Assembly (NCBI GenBank): GCA_024694675.1
Contig: JAILJO010000004.1
Location: forward strand, 29,407 to 93,406
DNA length: 64,000 nucleotides
From: Bacteroidales bacterium
GTDB taxonomy: Bacteria; Bacteroidota; Bacteroidia; Bacteroidales; UBA932
Direction: 5' to 3'
Shown: in pieces, positions 51,286 to 60,610 of the stretch
How positions within the stretch are numbered: the first letter of the stretch is position 1
Layout of the letters: each line of letters begins with the position of its first letter
The notes under the pieces: model-generated
Seen by the model: only the letters and a program-made list of their open reading frames with translations
Told to the model about the DNA's origin: nothing
Database searches by the model: none
Made by a program: the position numbers and the translations under genes

Positions 51286-52902
51286 ATGAAAGCAAAGTAT
51301 TTCTTAATGGCTGCGGCCGCTGCATTTACGCTCTTCTCATGCGAAGATCCAGTGGACGTGCAGACTGAAGATCCCGCCATCCAGGTAACTCCGGAGCAGA
51401 TCCAGGCATCCTGGGAGGGCAACGTGACAGCCGTTTCAGTAACGGCCAACTGCATCTGGAACGTTTCCAAGACCGGTGCCGACGGCTCTGCCATAGACTG
51501 GGTGAAATGCGACCAGACCACCGGCAACGGCGACGCCCAACTGAACATCAAAGTTGAAAAGAATCCCTTTGGAGAGGCTCGCACCGCCACGGTTACCGTC
51601 TTCTCCGGAGACGTAAAGGCATTCATCGCCGTCTCTCAGGAAGCCAACCCCGATCCTTCAGGCGATCCCGGCCCCACTCCCAAGCCTCAGCTTTTGGAAC
51701 TCAGCTTCGACTTTACCGTGTCACTCCCCGGATGGCCCACAAACAAGGACCAGAGCTGGGCAGAGCTGAAGAACTGTGACTCCGGCTGCGCCACTGACAA
51801 CAACGGCGAGGAAGTAGCAACCAACTCCCACAGAAGGGCACAGGTAACATATACCCTTGACGGAGTAGACTATGACTTCACCTTGGCCGATCCCAACGGC
51901 GCCACCGCCCACAACATTTACCTTGGAACCGACGGCATGTACAGCGGAACGCTCCGCTTCTTCGGTCTTCCCGCCATTGCAGGCAAGAAGCTTGTGAAAG
52001 TGGAAATGGAGCAGAACGCCAGCAACAAGGATCCCGAGAAGTTCACCCGCAACGTGGGTGTGGCCAAATGGGTATTCCACAAGGATGTTCCCGTGGACCA
52101 GATTCAGTACGTTGACGGCGGAGAGCCCCAGAACCAGGCTGTTACAGTAGAAGGCACCGTATATACCTACGAACTGTCCGGCACCGCTCCCAACACCGTC
52201 TACTGGATGAATTCCCCCACCAACGCCAGCAAGATCAAGAGCCTCAAGCTCTATTACGCAGAGGCAGACGGTACAGAAGAGCCCCTTGGACCCGAGCCTG
52301 CGGATCCCACACCCGATCCGGGTCCCGACCCCGGCACTGATCCCGGAACCGGTCCCGACCCAGTAGACCCCAACGCCATTGAGCTCACTTTTGACTTCAC
52401 CGGTACGCCTCAGGAAGGCTGGCCCACTGCAAAGCGTTCAAGCGACCATAACCCCGGCGTAGGAACACCCTGCACCTATATGCTGAACGGCGTTCCCTAC
52501 GTCTTCATGCCTGCAGACTGCGGCGGCGCAAGCGCCAGCCAGGTCTTCTGGGTACCTCCTACAGACGAGAAGCCCGGCTACTTTGCCATAAATGCACAGT
52601 ACCGCTATCTTGGCTTCCCCATAGTCGAAGGGTATAAGCTTGTGAAGGTGGTCTGTCACAACGTAGCCCTTTCATCCACGGCTCCAAAGATGGGCATCAC
52701 TTCACTTATCAGCGACAAAGCCGCACACCCTGCAGAGGATGCTTATGTCTCAGGAGGCGCACTCCAGACATGGGATGCCGCCGGAAATGGAACCTATACG
52801 TATGAACTTGGCGGAACAGCCGCAAACACCCGCTACTACCTGTATGGTTACGCCAAGGGCGCAATTGATATCCTGACTCTTACTTACAATCCCGTCAATT
52901 AG
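51286..52902 (+). CDS. Surface lipoprotein with a BACON domain, two copies of an unrecognised domain and a Pro/Asp linker
   Basis: Lipobox LFSC; BACON-like W...W...RTATVTV...VSQ; repeated FDFT...GWPT...G(L/F)P...G(K/Y)KLVKV. Confidence 0.8.
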   Translation: MKAKYFLMAAAAAFTLFSCEDPVDVQTEDPAIQVTPEQIQASWEGNVTAVSVTANCIWNVSKTGADGSAIDWVKCDQTTGNGDAQLNIKVEKNPFGEARTATVTVFSGDVKAFIAVSQEANPDPSGDPGPTPKPQLLELSFDFTVSLPGWPTNKDQSWAELKNCDSGCATDNNGEEVATNSHRRAQVTYTLDGVDYDFTLADPNGATAHNIYLGTDGMYSGTLRFFGLPAIAGKKLVKVEMEQNASNKDPEKFTRNVGVAKWVFHKDVPVDQIQYVDGGEPQNQAVTVEGTVYTYELSGTAPNTVYWMNSPTNASKIKSLKLYYAEADGTEEPLGPEPADPTPDPGPDPGTDPGTGPDPVDPNAIELTFDFTGTPQEGWPTAKRSSDHNPGVGTPCTYMLNGVPYVFMPADCGGASASQVFWVPPTDEKPGYFAINAQYRYLGFPIVEGYKLVKVVCHNVALSSTAPKMGITSLISDKAAHPAEDAYVSGGALQTWDAAGNGTYTYELGGTAANTRYYLYGYAKGAIDILTLTYNPVN

Positions 52903-52904
52903 GC

Positions 52905-54068
52905 ATGCGCAGCGCATGGAGATACATCCTTTTCCTTATGGCAGGAGTCCTTCTTAGCTCCTGCCAGGGGAACGATGTGCCTGAAGAGGAAACGCTGTCC
53001 GTGTCTCCGGGCTCCGTGGAAGCGGCGGCCGCCATGGGCAGCTACAAGCTGGAGATAAGTTCCAACGCCCGCTGGCGCGTCTCGTCCCAAGAAAGCTGGA
53101 TGGAGCTTGACCGTAGCAGCGGCCATGACAACGCCGTCATGACTGTCCGCGTGTATGAGAACAAGCTCACAACGCCCCGCGAAGGCATTGTAACTGTCCG
53201 TACCGACGGTGGGAAAGAAGCATCGGTCACATTTACCCAGGCAGGAAAAGAGGAAAGCGCAGGAATAGTCCTGCGTCTTGGTTCATACAACCTCAGAATG
53301 AGTAATTTGGACAAGGATACAGACAATGCCTGGGATGTCCGTAAGGAACGTCTCAAGAGTTCCATCCTGGCCTGTGATTTCGATGTCTTCGGCATCCAGG
53401 AAGTGAGTTCCGTAACCCAGGCATGGCTGGACAAAGAGCTGGCGTCCCAGTATTCATTCTGCTACTTCAGCCCGTACAACAAGGATGGAAAGGGAGACAG
53501 GGCACAGGGCATCGGCTTCAAGAAAACGGCCTTTACTCTGTCCGACTGGCATTTCTTCTGGGCCTGCGACACCCCGGATACCATGACTGAGAACGATACC
53601 GGAAGCAACGGTAACTACAAGCGCGGCGGCTGCTGCGGCATACTCACCCATAAGGCAAGCGGCGTCCGGTTCTTCTTCATGAACAACCACGGCTGCCTGA
53701 ACAGCGAATGCAACAGCCAGTATGCGCCTGTTTACATCCAGCAGGAGAAGCGTTTCAACACTTCCGGCCTGCCATCCATATTCGTGGGAGACATGAACGA
53801 CCGCGGTACCGGTGGAGAAGGTAGCGCCTATGCAACTTATTGTAGTTACTGGACAGACTCCTTCAAGGCTCTGGACGCTTCTTCCCGCAAAGGCCCTGCA
53901 GCCACTTACAACGGATACAGCAGCCCCAGTGGCAAATACCGCCTGGACTATGTCTTCTACCGCGGAGAGGGTATAACTCCGCAACTATATACGTGCGACA
54001 ACACCCTGTACGGTGGACTGTATGCATCGGACCACTTCCCCGTATGGGTTGAATTTGCATTCAAATAA
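52905..54068 (+). CDS. Lipoprotein with BACON and endonuclease/exonuclease/phosphatase (EEP) domains
   Basis: Lipobox LSSC; SYNLR, GIQE, GDMN, LDYVF and SDHFPV motifs. Confidence 0.9.
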   Translation: MRSAWRYILFLMAGVLLSSCQGNDVPEEETLSVSPGSVEAAAAMGSYKLEISSNARWRVSSQESWMELDRSSGHDNAVMTVRVYENKLTTPREGIVTVRTDGGKEASVTFTQAGKEESAGIVLRLGSYNLRMSNLDKDTDNAWDVRKERLKSSILACDFDVFGIQEVSSVTQAWLDKELASQYSFCYFSPYNKDGKGDRAQGIGFKKTAFTLSDWHFFWACDTPDTMTENDTGSNGNYKRGGCCGILTHKASGVRFFFMNNHGCLNSECNSQYAPVYIQQEKRFNTSGLPSIFVGDMNDRGTGGEGSAYATYCSYWTDSFKALDASSRKGPAATYNGYSSPSGKYRLDYVFYRGEGITPQLYTCDNTLYGGLYASDHFPVWVEFAFK

Positions 54069-57023
54069 ATGAAAAGACTCATCTTGTTTTTGACGGCGGT
54101 CCTGTTGCCTGCCGGAAGAATATATGCCGACGGGCTTCCTGACGGCTCCGTTTCCCTGGCAAATGAAAGGATTGCGGTAGCCGTGGGGCCTGACGGATCG
54201 CTTGTGTCCCTGAAAAACGTTCAAACCGGACAGGAATATGCCGGAGGCGAACTCCTGTGGCGTCTATATTACGATGCGCCATATGAAAAAGAGATTCAGG
54301 TACTGGGCTCGGAGCAGAAACCGGAAGATGTGTCTTCGGAAGGTAATGTCATTACCCTGCGATATGCCTCTCTGGAGGCACACGGTCTCACCCTGGACAT
54401 GCAACTCACACTCACCATCACCCTTGAAGAGGACATGGTGCGCTTTGGCTCCGCCATGGAGAACCACCAGGAGCATACCGTAATCCGCGAGCTCCATTAC
54501 CCCCTTGTTCACGGAGCACAGATTCCACGGGACCACAAGCTCTATACATCCGAAGCTGGCGGAATGCTCTTCGACAATCCGCTTGAGACCATAAACCATC
54601 TCACATCGTCCCCTTACAAAAAGCCGGAACAGATATTCCGCCAAAGGGACGTGAAATACGGAGCGAAGGTATTTATGAACTGCTTTGGCCTGTTCGGTAA
54701 GAGCCAGGGGCTTTACTTCGGCTCCCATGACGATACGTTCCAGGACACATGGCATGGTCTCCGCGTCTACAGGGATTCTGATGGAGCCTACAGCCGGCTG
54801 GAATTCGGCTTTTTCAAGTATCCGCACTGCTTCTGCGGTGAAAGCTGGAACTGCGATGCCAATGTCATAGCCCCTTACAGCGGCAGCTGGCACGTTGCAT
54901 CCGGCATGTACCGCCGCTGGGCAGACACCTGGTGGGATCACCGCGAAACTCCTCTCTGGGTATGGGAAATGAAAAGCTGGCAGAGGGTAATCTTCAAGCA
55001 TCAGTACGGCGAGTACCTGTTCAGATACCCTGACATGAACGGTAAGGTAGATGAAGCCGGACAAAGCGTGGGCAGCAACGCCCTCTTCCTCTTTGGCTGG
55101 TGGGCGGAAGGTATGGACCACGGCAACCCGGACTATTCTCCGGACGATTCCCAGGGCGGTGACGCAGCCCTCAAGGCGGAAATCGCCAAATATCAGGATG
55201 CCGGAAACCACCTCCTGCTATACTACAACGGCAAACTCATAGACCGTGAAAGCCGTTTCTACCGCAGCGGAAAGGGCCAGAAGGTCTGTCGCCACGACAA
55301 CACCGGCTCGGAGATTCTGGAACGATACAAGTTCACCGGAGAAGGAACCTGGCTGGGCGAATATGACCAGCGCACCTTCGCCGTTGCCACCATGATGGAT
55401 CCGGACTGGAATCAGGTGCTTTTCAATCTGCAGGACCGCGCTTATGAGCTTGGTGCCCATAGTGTTTTCTACGATCAACTTGGCTATGTTGAAAAGGAAA
55501 GCACCAACTGGGACACTTCTCGTGAGTATCCTGTCCCTGACGTCTATGGTATCCGCAAGCGCATGGAATGCCTGAAACTGCTACGCGACCGCTACGCAGA
55601 CAAGGCACCGGACTTCGCCCTTGGAGCCGAAGGAAGCGTAGATGCCTTGGCGCAGTACTGCGACTACACCCACGGCTACCCTGCCAACGACGGCCCTGAG
55701 CGCTGGATTAGCTTCTTCCGCTACACTTTCCCGGAGCTGGTCTTCACAGACCGCGGACTCCGTGACGATGAAGACGTCCCCAGACATGTCAACAACACCG
55801 TCCTGGACGGTCAGCGCAACGATATAGAGATTTTCCGCTGCCGCGGAATCATATCTGACGCTCCCGTCTACCAGGCTTACCTTGCTGAGGCAAACACCAT
55901 TAAGGAAAAGTACAAGGACTGCCTGCTTCTAGGACGGTACAATGACGTTTTTGGCTTCACCTGCACCAACCGCATGATAGATGCACGCTCGTTCCTGAGC
56001 CAGGACGGCGGCCGCTTGGCTGTAGTTGTAGCCAACCAGCAGATGAAAAAGGCCTTCTGTCTCCGCGGTCGCATAAGAGTCCCCGGATACCGTTTCGTTG
56101 AAGCATCAGTCACCGGTACCGGAAAAGTGAACAGGAAAGGAACCAGAGTCAAGCTTGGTCAGTACGACATGGCCGTCCTCCTGTTTGAAAAGAGTTCACC
56201 GGATATGAGAATCGGAACTTATAATCTGAGAAGGGTAAAACTGGACAAAGACAGCCCGGACAATAATTGGGGAAAGCGTGCTCCGCGGCTGGTCCAGTCC
56301 TTTCTGGACAACAATATGGATATCTGCGGCGTGCAGGAAGTGGATTCTCAGGAGCAGGAAAGTATCCCACGCATGCTGGCGGAGCAGGGCCTTGAGTACG
56401 ACTGCCATTTTTTCAATCCTTATGCCGATGACGGTGCAGGAAGCAAGGCACACGGACTTCTCTGGAAAAAGGACCGATTTACCCTTGTGGGAGAGCCGCA
56501 CCATTTCTGGATTTCGAATCCGCCAGAGCTGCGCCAGAAGAACGATTCCGTTCCCTCCCTCAAGAAAAACTTCATCCGCGGCGGCTTCTGCCTCACGCTT
56601 GAAAAAAAGGGCGGGAAGAAACTCTTCGTCATGGTCACCCATGCGCCCCTGAACAAAGAGCAGCACGCACAGAATGCCGGAATCTTCCTGGAAATGGAGA
56701 AGAAATACAATCCAAAAGGTTATCCTTCCTTCTTCCTTGGAGACTTCAACGCCAGCGAGTACGATGAGTGCAGCGCCGTATACCGCGGATACTGGACCGA
56801 TGCTTACCACGCCTTCGACGGCAATCCCGCCGCCAGGCAGGGACCCCGAGGCAGTTTCAACGCCTGGCGCATGACCTCACCTCCCGCAAAAAGACGAATT
56901 GACTTCGTCTATTTCCGCGGAAAAGGCGTCACTCCCGTTACTTACAGGTGCAATAACAAACTATATGACGGCGGTTATCCGTCCGACCATTTCCCCGTAT
57001 TTGCTGACTTCCAAATCGAATAA
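54069..57023 (+). CDS. DUF6259-like putative glycoside-hydrolase-fold protein fused to a C-terminal EEP domain
   Basis: Signal peptide; GWW.EGMD...PDY, YYNG and VFYDQ motifs; from about 56200 GTYNLR, GVQE, GDFN and SDHFPV. Confidence 0.78.
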   Translation: MKRLILFLTAVLLPAGRIYADGLPDGSVSLANERIAVAVGPDGSLVSLKNVQTGQEYAGGELLWRLYYDAPYEKEIQVLGSEQKPEDVSSEGNVITLRYASLEAHGLTLDMQLTLTITLEEDMVRFGSAMENHQEHTVIRELHYPLVHGAQIPRDHKLYTSEAGGMLFDNPLETINHLTSSPYKKPEQIFRQRDVKYGAKVFMNCFGLFGKSQGLYFGSHDDTFQDTWHGLRVYRDSDGAYSRLEFGFFKYPHCFCGESWNCDANVIAPYSGSWHVASGMYRRWADTWWDHRETPLWVWEMKSWQRVIFKHQYGEYLFRYPDMNGKVDEAGQSVGSNALFLFGWWAEGMDHGNPDYSPDDSQGGDAALKAEIAKYQDAGNHLLLYYNGKLIDRESRFYRSGKGQKVCRHDNTGSEILERYKFTGEGTWLGEYDQRTFAVATMMDPDWNQVLFNLQDRAYELGAHSVFYDQLGYVEKESTNWDTSREYPVPDVYGIRKRMECLKLLRDRYADKAPDFALGAEGSVDALAQYCDYTHGYPANDGPERWISFFRYTFPELVFTDRGLRDDEDVPRHVNNTVLDGQRNDIEIFRCRGIISDAPVYQAYLAEANTIKEKYKDCLLLGRYNDVFGFTCTNRMIDARSFLSQDGGRLAVVVANQQMKKAFCLRGRIRVPGYRFVEASVTGTGKVNRKGTRVKLGQYDMAVLLFEKSSPDMRIGTYNLRRVKLDKDSPDNNWGKRAPRLVQSFLDNNMDICGVQEVDSQEQESIPRMLAEQGLEYDCHFFNPYADDGAGSKAHGLLWKKDRFTLVGEPHHFWISNPPELRQKNDSVPSLKKNFIRGGFCLTLEKKGGKKLFVMVTHAPLNKEQHAQNAGIFLEMEKKYNPKGYPSFFLGDFNASEYDECSAVYRGYWTDAYHAFDGNPAARQGPRGSFNAWRMTSPPAKRRIDFVYFRGKGVTPVTYRCNNKLYDGGYPSDHFPVFADFQIE

Positions 57024-57044
57024 CGACACAAATCCAATAACTCA

Positions 57045-57200
57045 ATGAAAAACAATCATTTAACCCGACCGGGGAAGAAGCCGTACCAATCCCCGGTTTT
57101 GGAGGAGTACGCGCTGCACCTGGAAAAACCCCTGTGCACAAGCGACAAGGGCGGCACCACAGAACAGTGGGACGAAGTAGATTTATCGTTCATCTTTTAA
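57045..57200 (+). CDS. 51-aa small protein with a KKPYQSP...E..LCTS motif and an acidic tail
   Basis: Manual translation MKNNHLTRPGKKPYQSPVLEEYALHLEKPLCTSDKGGTTEQWDEVDLSFIF; fills the intergenic gap inside the operon. Confidence 0.7.
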   Translation: MKNNHLTRPGKKPYQSPVLEEYALHLEKPLCTSDKGGTTEQWDEVDLSFIF

Positions 57201-57212
57201 ACAGTTAAGAAG

Positions 57213-58637
57213 ATGAAAAAGCACATTATTACATTGTTTGCGGTCTCCATTGCAATGGCAGCCTGCACCGCAGAGATTGAACCTCAGAAAGAAGGTTCCG
57301 CACCTTCGGAATCTAAAGAATTCATTCCAGGACCAACAGTATTCACCGCCTCTATAGAGGCCGATCCTGCATCCAAGGCAGTTCTTGACATTAACGGCAG
57401 CGGCCATCCCCAGACATTCTGGGAAAATGGCGATGCAATCAGCATTTTTACATCCGCCGACGGTGATTCCCATAGTGGAACCAGCTATAAGTTCGTGACA
57501 TCCCTTGGCGCCAATTCCACATCGGCCGATTTCACACTGGACGGGGCAAAGGAATTCGGCAACGGCATGTACTTCGCTTCCTATCCATACCAGTCCAACA
57601 CCCGTGGCGTAAATTTTACAGGAAGCAGCGATACCTATAGGATGGCCGGACTTCAACTTCCCGCATCACAGACACTTGTGGCCGGAAGTTTCGACAGGAA
57701 AGCCGCCCTGGCGGTAGCCTTCACCGAAAGTGGAAACTCACTTGAATTCAAGAATGCGACCGCACTTGTGAAGTTTCGCGTAGCGGAATCCGGAATTATT
57801 GCCGGCCGCATAGAGGTAGATCCCGGAGATGCCATTTCCGGCACCTTCAGGGCCGATGTAAACACATCGACAAAAGAACTGTCCCTGGAAACCTATGGCC
57901 AGCCCACATACAACTATGTAGACTTTTCCATAAACGGCAGCACGCCGCTTTCCACAGGAACCGATTACTATGTGGCCATACGTCCGCTGACACTGACATC
58001 TGACCTCAAAGTATTCCTTAACGGCAATCTGGTCAAGACAATCAATTCAAGCCAGCTTGCCGCTGTACAGCGCAACAAGATTTACAACCTCGGAACTCTG
58101 TCCACGCCCGCAAATCCGGCACAAAAAGTATTGAAGTTTGATTTCAGCGGTTCAGCCAAGGACGGATGGCCCACTGCCGACAACTGGAAGTCCGGACCGG
58201 GAGAAAAAAGCTGCACCTATCCGTTATACGGCACAGACTACAGTTTCTTCCTTACGGATTGCGGAAATGCCTCACAAGCACGCGTGGCATGGGTAAGCGA
58301 TAAGGGCGGACTTATTCTCTACGCAACATGGCGTTATGTGGGACTGCCAGCCATTGATGGATATAAGCTTGTCAAAGTATCAGGGACAATGTGCCTGGGC
58401 ACCAACAGCAAGAGAAAAGCCGCAATCGTAAAGGGAGTGGCGGCAACTAATTCCGGAACGACCATCGCAAACGCCCACGAATTCGTTACTGGCGGTGAAT
58501 CATCCGGCTGGACTACGTCAGGAACCACCTACACCTTCAATCTGGAAGGAACGGAAGCCAATACGGTCTATTATTTCCTGTGCTCCAACACCAGCGTCGG
58601 CGTCTCTGATTTCACTCTCACTTATGTACCCATCTGA
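57213..58637 (+). CDS. Fimbrillin-like surface lipoprotein with a third copy of the repeated domain
   Basis: Lipobox MAAC; W..GDAISIF, ASYPY, LEFKNATALVKF and RNKIYNLG; C-terminal FDFS...GWPT...GLPAIDGYKLVKV. Confidence 0.8.
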   Translation: MKKHIITLFAVSIAMAACTAEIEPQKEGSAPSESKEFIPGPTVFTASIEADPASKAVLDINGSGHPQTFWENGDAISIFTSADGDSHSGTSYKFVTSLGANSTSADFTLDGAKEFGNGMYFASYPYQSNTRGVNFTGSSDTYRMAGLQLPASQTLVAGSFDRKAALAVAFTESGNSLEFKNATALVKFRVAESGIIAGRIEVDPGDAISGTFRADVNTSTKELSLETYGQPTYNYVDFSINGSTPLSTGTDYYVAIRPLTLTSDLKVFLNGNLVKTINSSQLAAVQRNKIYNLGTLSTPANPAQKVLKFDFSGSAKDGWPTADNWKSGPGEKSCTYPLYGTDYSFFLTDCGNASQARVAWVSDKGGLILYATWRYVGLPAIDGYKLVKVSGTMCLGTNSKRKAAIVKGVAATNSGTTIANAHEFVTGGESSGWTTSGTTYTFNLEGTEANTVYYFLCSNTSVGVSDFTLTYVPI

Positions 58638-59429
58638 AAGGACGATGAGGTTGTCCGCGTGGGCACCTACAACGTCCGCTACATCACAACGGAGGAAGAT
58701 GAGAACAACAACTGGGAAAACCGTAAGACACGCGTGGTCCAGTCCATCACGGAGAACGATTTCGACGTCTTCGGCCTTCAGGAGTGCAGCGATGACATAA
58801 AGACCTACCTGAGCGACCAGCTTTCCAGCTACGACATCCGCTTCTTCAATCCGTATTCATCAAGCGGAACCGGAAGCGGGGAAGCAAATGGACTGGCGTA
58901 TAGGAAAGACCGCTTCACCCTCAGCGACTGGCACTGGTTCTGGCTGTCGGACACCCCGTCCGTAATGGTTACCAACGACGGGACCCATAACAGGGGCGGC
59001 TGCTGCGCCATCCTGACGGATAAAACCACGTCCACAAAGATCTTCATGATGGTTACCCACGGATGCCTGGATGCCGATGCAAGGGCGCAGTATGCACCCC
59101 AGTTTGAACAGATGGAGAAGCTTTACAACCCCAACGGCTATCCTTCATTCTTCGTGGGAGACATGAATGCCCAGCCGTCAGACCCGGCCAGCGCAACGTA
59201 TAGGACGTATTGGAACGATGCTTACTACAGCAGCGCACCCAAAACCGGCCCGTACTGCACCTACAATGCCTTCAACCTGGAGCGCAACATGTACACGCAC
59301 CAGAATCATCTGGACTACGTATACTACAGAAATGCCACTCCTCGTAGCTACGTTTGCAACGACCGCAAATATGGCGGATACTATGCATCAGACCACTTAC
59401 CCGTCTATGTAGACATGAAAGTTGACTAG
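58638..59429 (+). CDS. EEP phosphoesterase domain in frame with the upstream lipoprotein across a single TGA (alternative GTG start at 58659)
   Basis: KDDEVVRVGTYNVR, GLQE, GDMN, LDYVY and SDHLPV motifs; no signal peptide of its own. Confidence 0.85.
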   Translation, partial: KDDEVVRVGTYNVRYITTEEDENNNWENRKTRVVQSITENDFDVFGLQECSDDIKTYLSDQLSSYDIRFFNPYSSSGTGSGEANGLAYRKDRFTLSDWHWFWLSDTPSVMVTNDGTHNRGGCCAILTDKTTSTKIFMMVTHGCLDADARAQYAPQFEQMEKLYNPNGYPSFFVGDMNAQPSDPASATYRTYWNDAYYSSAPKTGPYCTYNAFNLERNMYTHQNHLDYVYYRNATPRSYVCNDRKYGGYYASDHLPVYVDMKVD

Positions 59430-59437
59430 CAGCTTTT

Positions 59438-59480
59438 GAACGCCGGGTTTGTTGACCCGGCGTTCTTGTTTGTTTGTTTG
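59438..59480 (+). terminator. Rho-independent terminator ending the susC operon
   Basis: GAACGCCGGG-loop-CCCGGCGTTC followed by TTGTTTGTTTG. Confidence 0.8.
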
Positions 59481-59525
59481 AAATTCTGTATCTTTACTTT
59501 TTGCACGGATACTTTATGGAGAACA

Positions 59526-60551
59526 ATGAACATAAGAATTGACCAGGCTGGCAAAACGGCCATCTACAAACAGTTGGTATCCCAGATAGAGCACGGCATA
59601 AAAGAAGGCAGCATAAAGCCCGGAGAGATCCTTCCTTCCATGAATGAACTATCTGCAAGTACAGGTATTTCCAGGGAAACGGCCAAGAAGGCCTATGGAA
59701 TTCTTGTGCAGAAGGGCGTTATTGTCCCCAAACAGGGGAAGGGATTCTTTGTGGCCACTCCGGAAGAGTCTTCACGTATCCAGGTATTGGTAGTATTTGA
59801 CAAATTCTCCGTATACAAACAGATACTCTTCAACTCATTTGCACAAGCACTGGGCGAAATAGCGGATATAACAATCCTCAACCACAACCAGAGCGTAGAC
59901 CTTCTGAAGTATTATCTGGACAGCTATCTGGACCAGTATGACTACTATGTCATTGCCCCTCACTTCCCCCTTGATGCAACTACTCAGCAGAAAGTTGTCA
60001 GGCTTTTGAAGCGTGTACCGTTCCGTAAACTTATCCTTCTTGACCACCTGCAGGACGGGTTCAATGGCAACTACGGTGCGGTTTATCAGGATTTCGAGAA
60101 TGATATTTACGGCGGCCTTGAGCAGTTAGAACAGGACCGTCGAGACGCACGCAGGCTTCGCGTGATGACTCTCCCCACGTCCCTATACGGCCAGATAATA
60201 TGCAAAGGTGTGGAACGCTATGCGATGGACAGAAAACTGGATGTTGAATTCATAAACGGAACTCCCGCCAGCATTGACAAAGGGGATTTGTTCCTGGTTC
60301 TCAACTCCCAGCTGGACTCTGGCCTTGTAGATCTTGTCCGAGAGATTCAAGCCGACGACCTGGAGATAGGGAGAGATGTATATGTCGTGTCTTACAACGA
60401 ATACGACATGAACGAACTTGTCCTCGGCGGCCTTACCACTGTCTCCACGGACTTTCCTGAAATGGGCCGCCTTGCCGCATCCATGATTCTCTCCCGTAAA
60501 CCCGCTAAGCTCCACTGTCCCTTCCGAGTCACCCGCCGCAATACTTTTTAA
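59526..60551 (+). CDS. GntR-family regulator with a C-terminal sugar-binding domain (Bacteroides FucR-like architecture)
   Basis: LPSMNELS...ISRETAKKAY...GKGFFV; C-terminal VSYNE...LTTVSTDF.EMG. Confidence 0.88.
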   Translation: MNIRIDQAGKTAIYKQLVSQIEHGIKEGSIKPGEILPSMNELSASTGISRETAKKAYGILVQKGVIVPKQGKGFFVATPEESSRIQVLVVFDKFSVYKQILFNSFAQALGEIADITILNHNQSVDLLKYYLDSYLDQYDYYVIAPHFPLDATTQQKVVRLLKRVPFRKLILLDHLQDGFNGNYGAVYQDFENDIYGGLEQLEQDRRDARRLRVMTLPTSLYGQIICKGVERYAMDRKLDVEFINGTPASIDKGDLFLVLNSQLDSGLVDLVREIQADDLEIGRDVYVVSYNEYDMNELVLGGLTTVSTDFPEMGRLAASMILSRKPAKLHCPFRVTRRNTF

Positions 60552-60573
60552 GATATATTGTATCAGATGACAA

Positions 60574-60610
60574 TAATAGCGGCCCGGAGGATAATGCCGG
60601 GCCGCTATTA
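60574..60610. terminator. Terminator hairpin between convergent genes, probably bidirectional
   Basis: TAATAGCGGCCCGG-loop-CCGGGCCGCTATTA. Confidence 0.8.

Noticed and set aside
52279-52375. Tandem GATCCC/GACCC-like repeats as a CRISPR array or VNTR
   Set aside because: They encode a degenerate Pro-Asp-Gly linker and have no repeat-spacer structure.
58635-58660. Selenocysteine recoding of the in-frame TGA
   Set aside because: The position is an interdomain linker rather than a catalytic Cys, the hairpin starts only 2 nt after the stop unlike a bacterial SECIS, and no sel genes are in the window.
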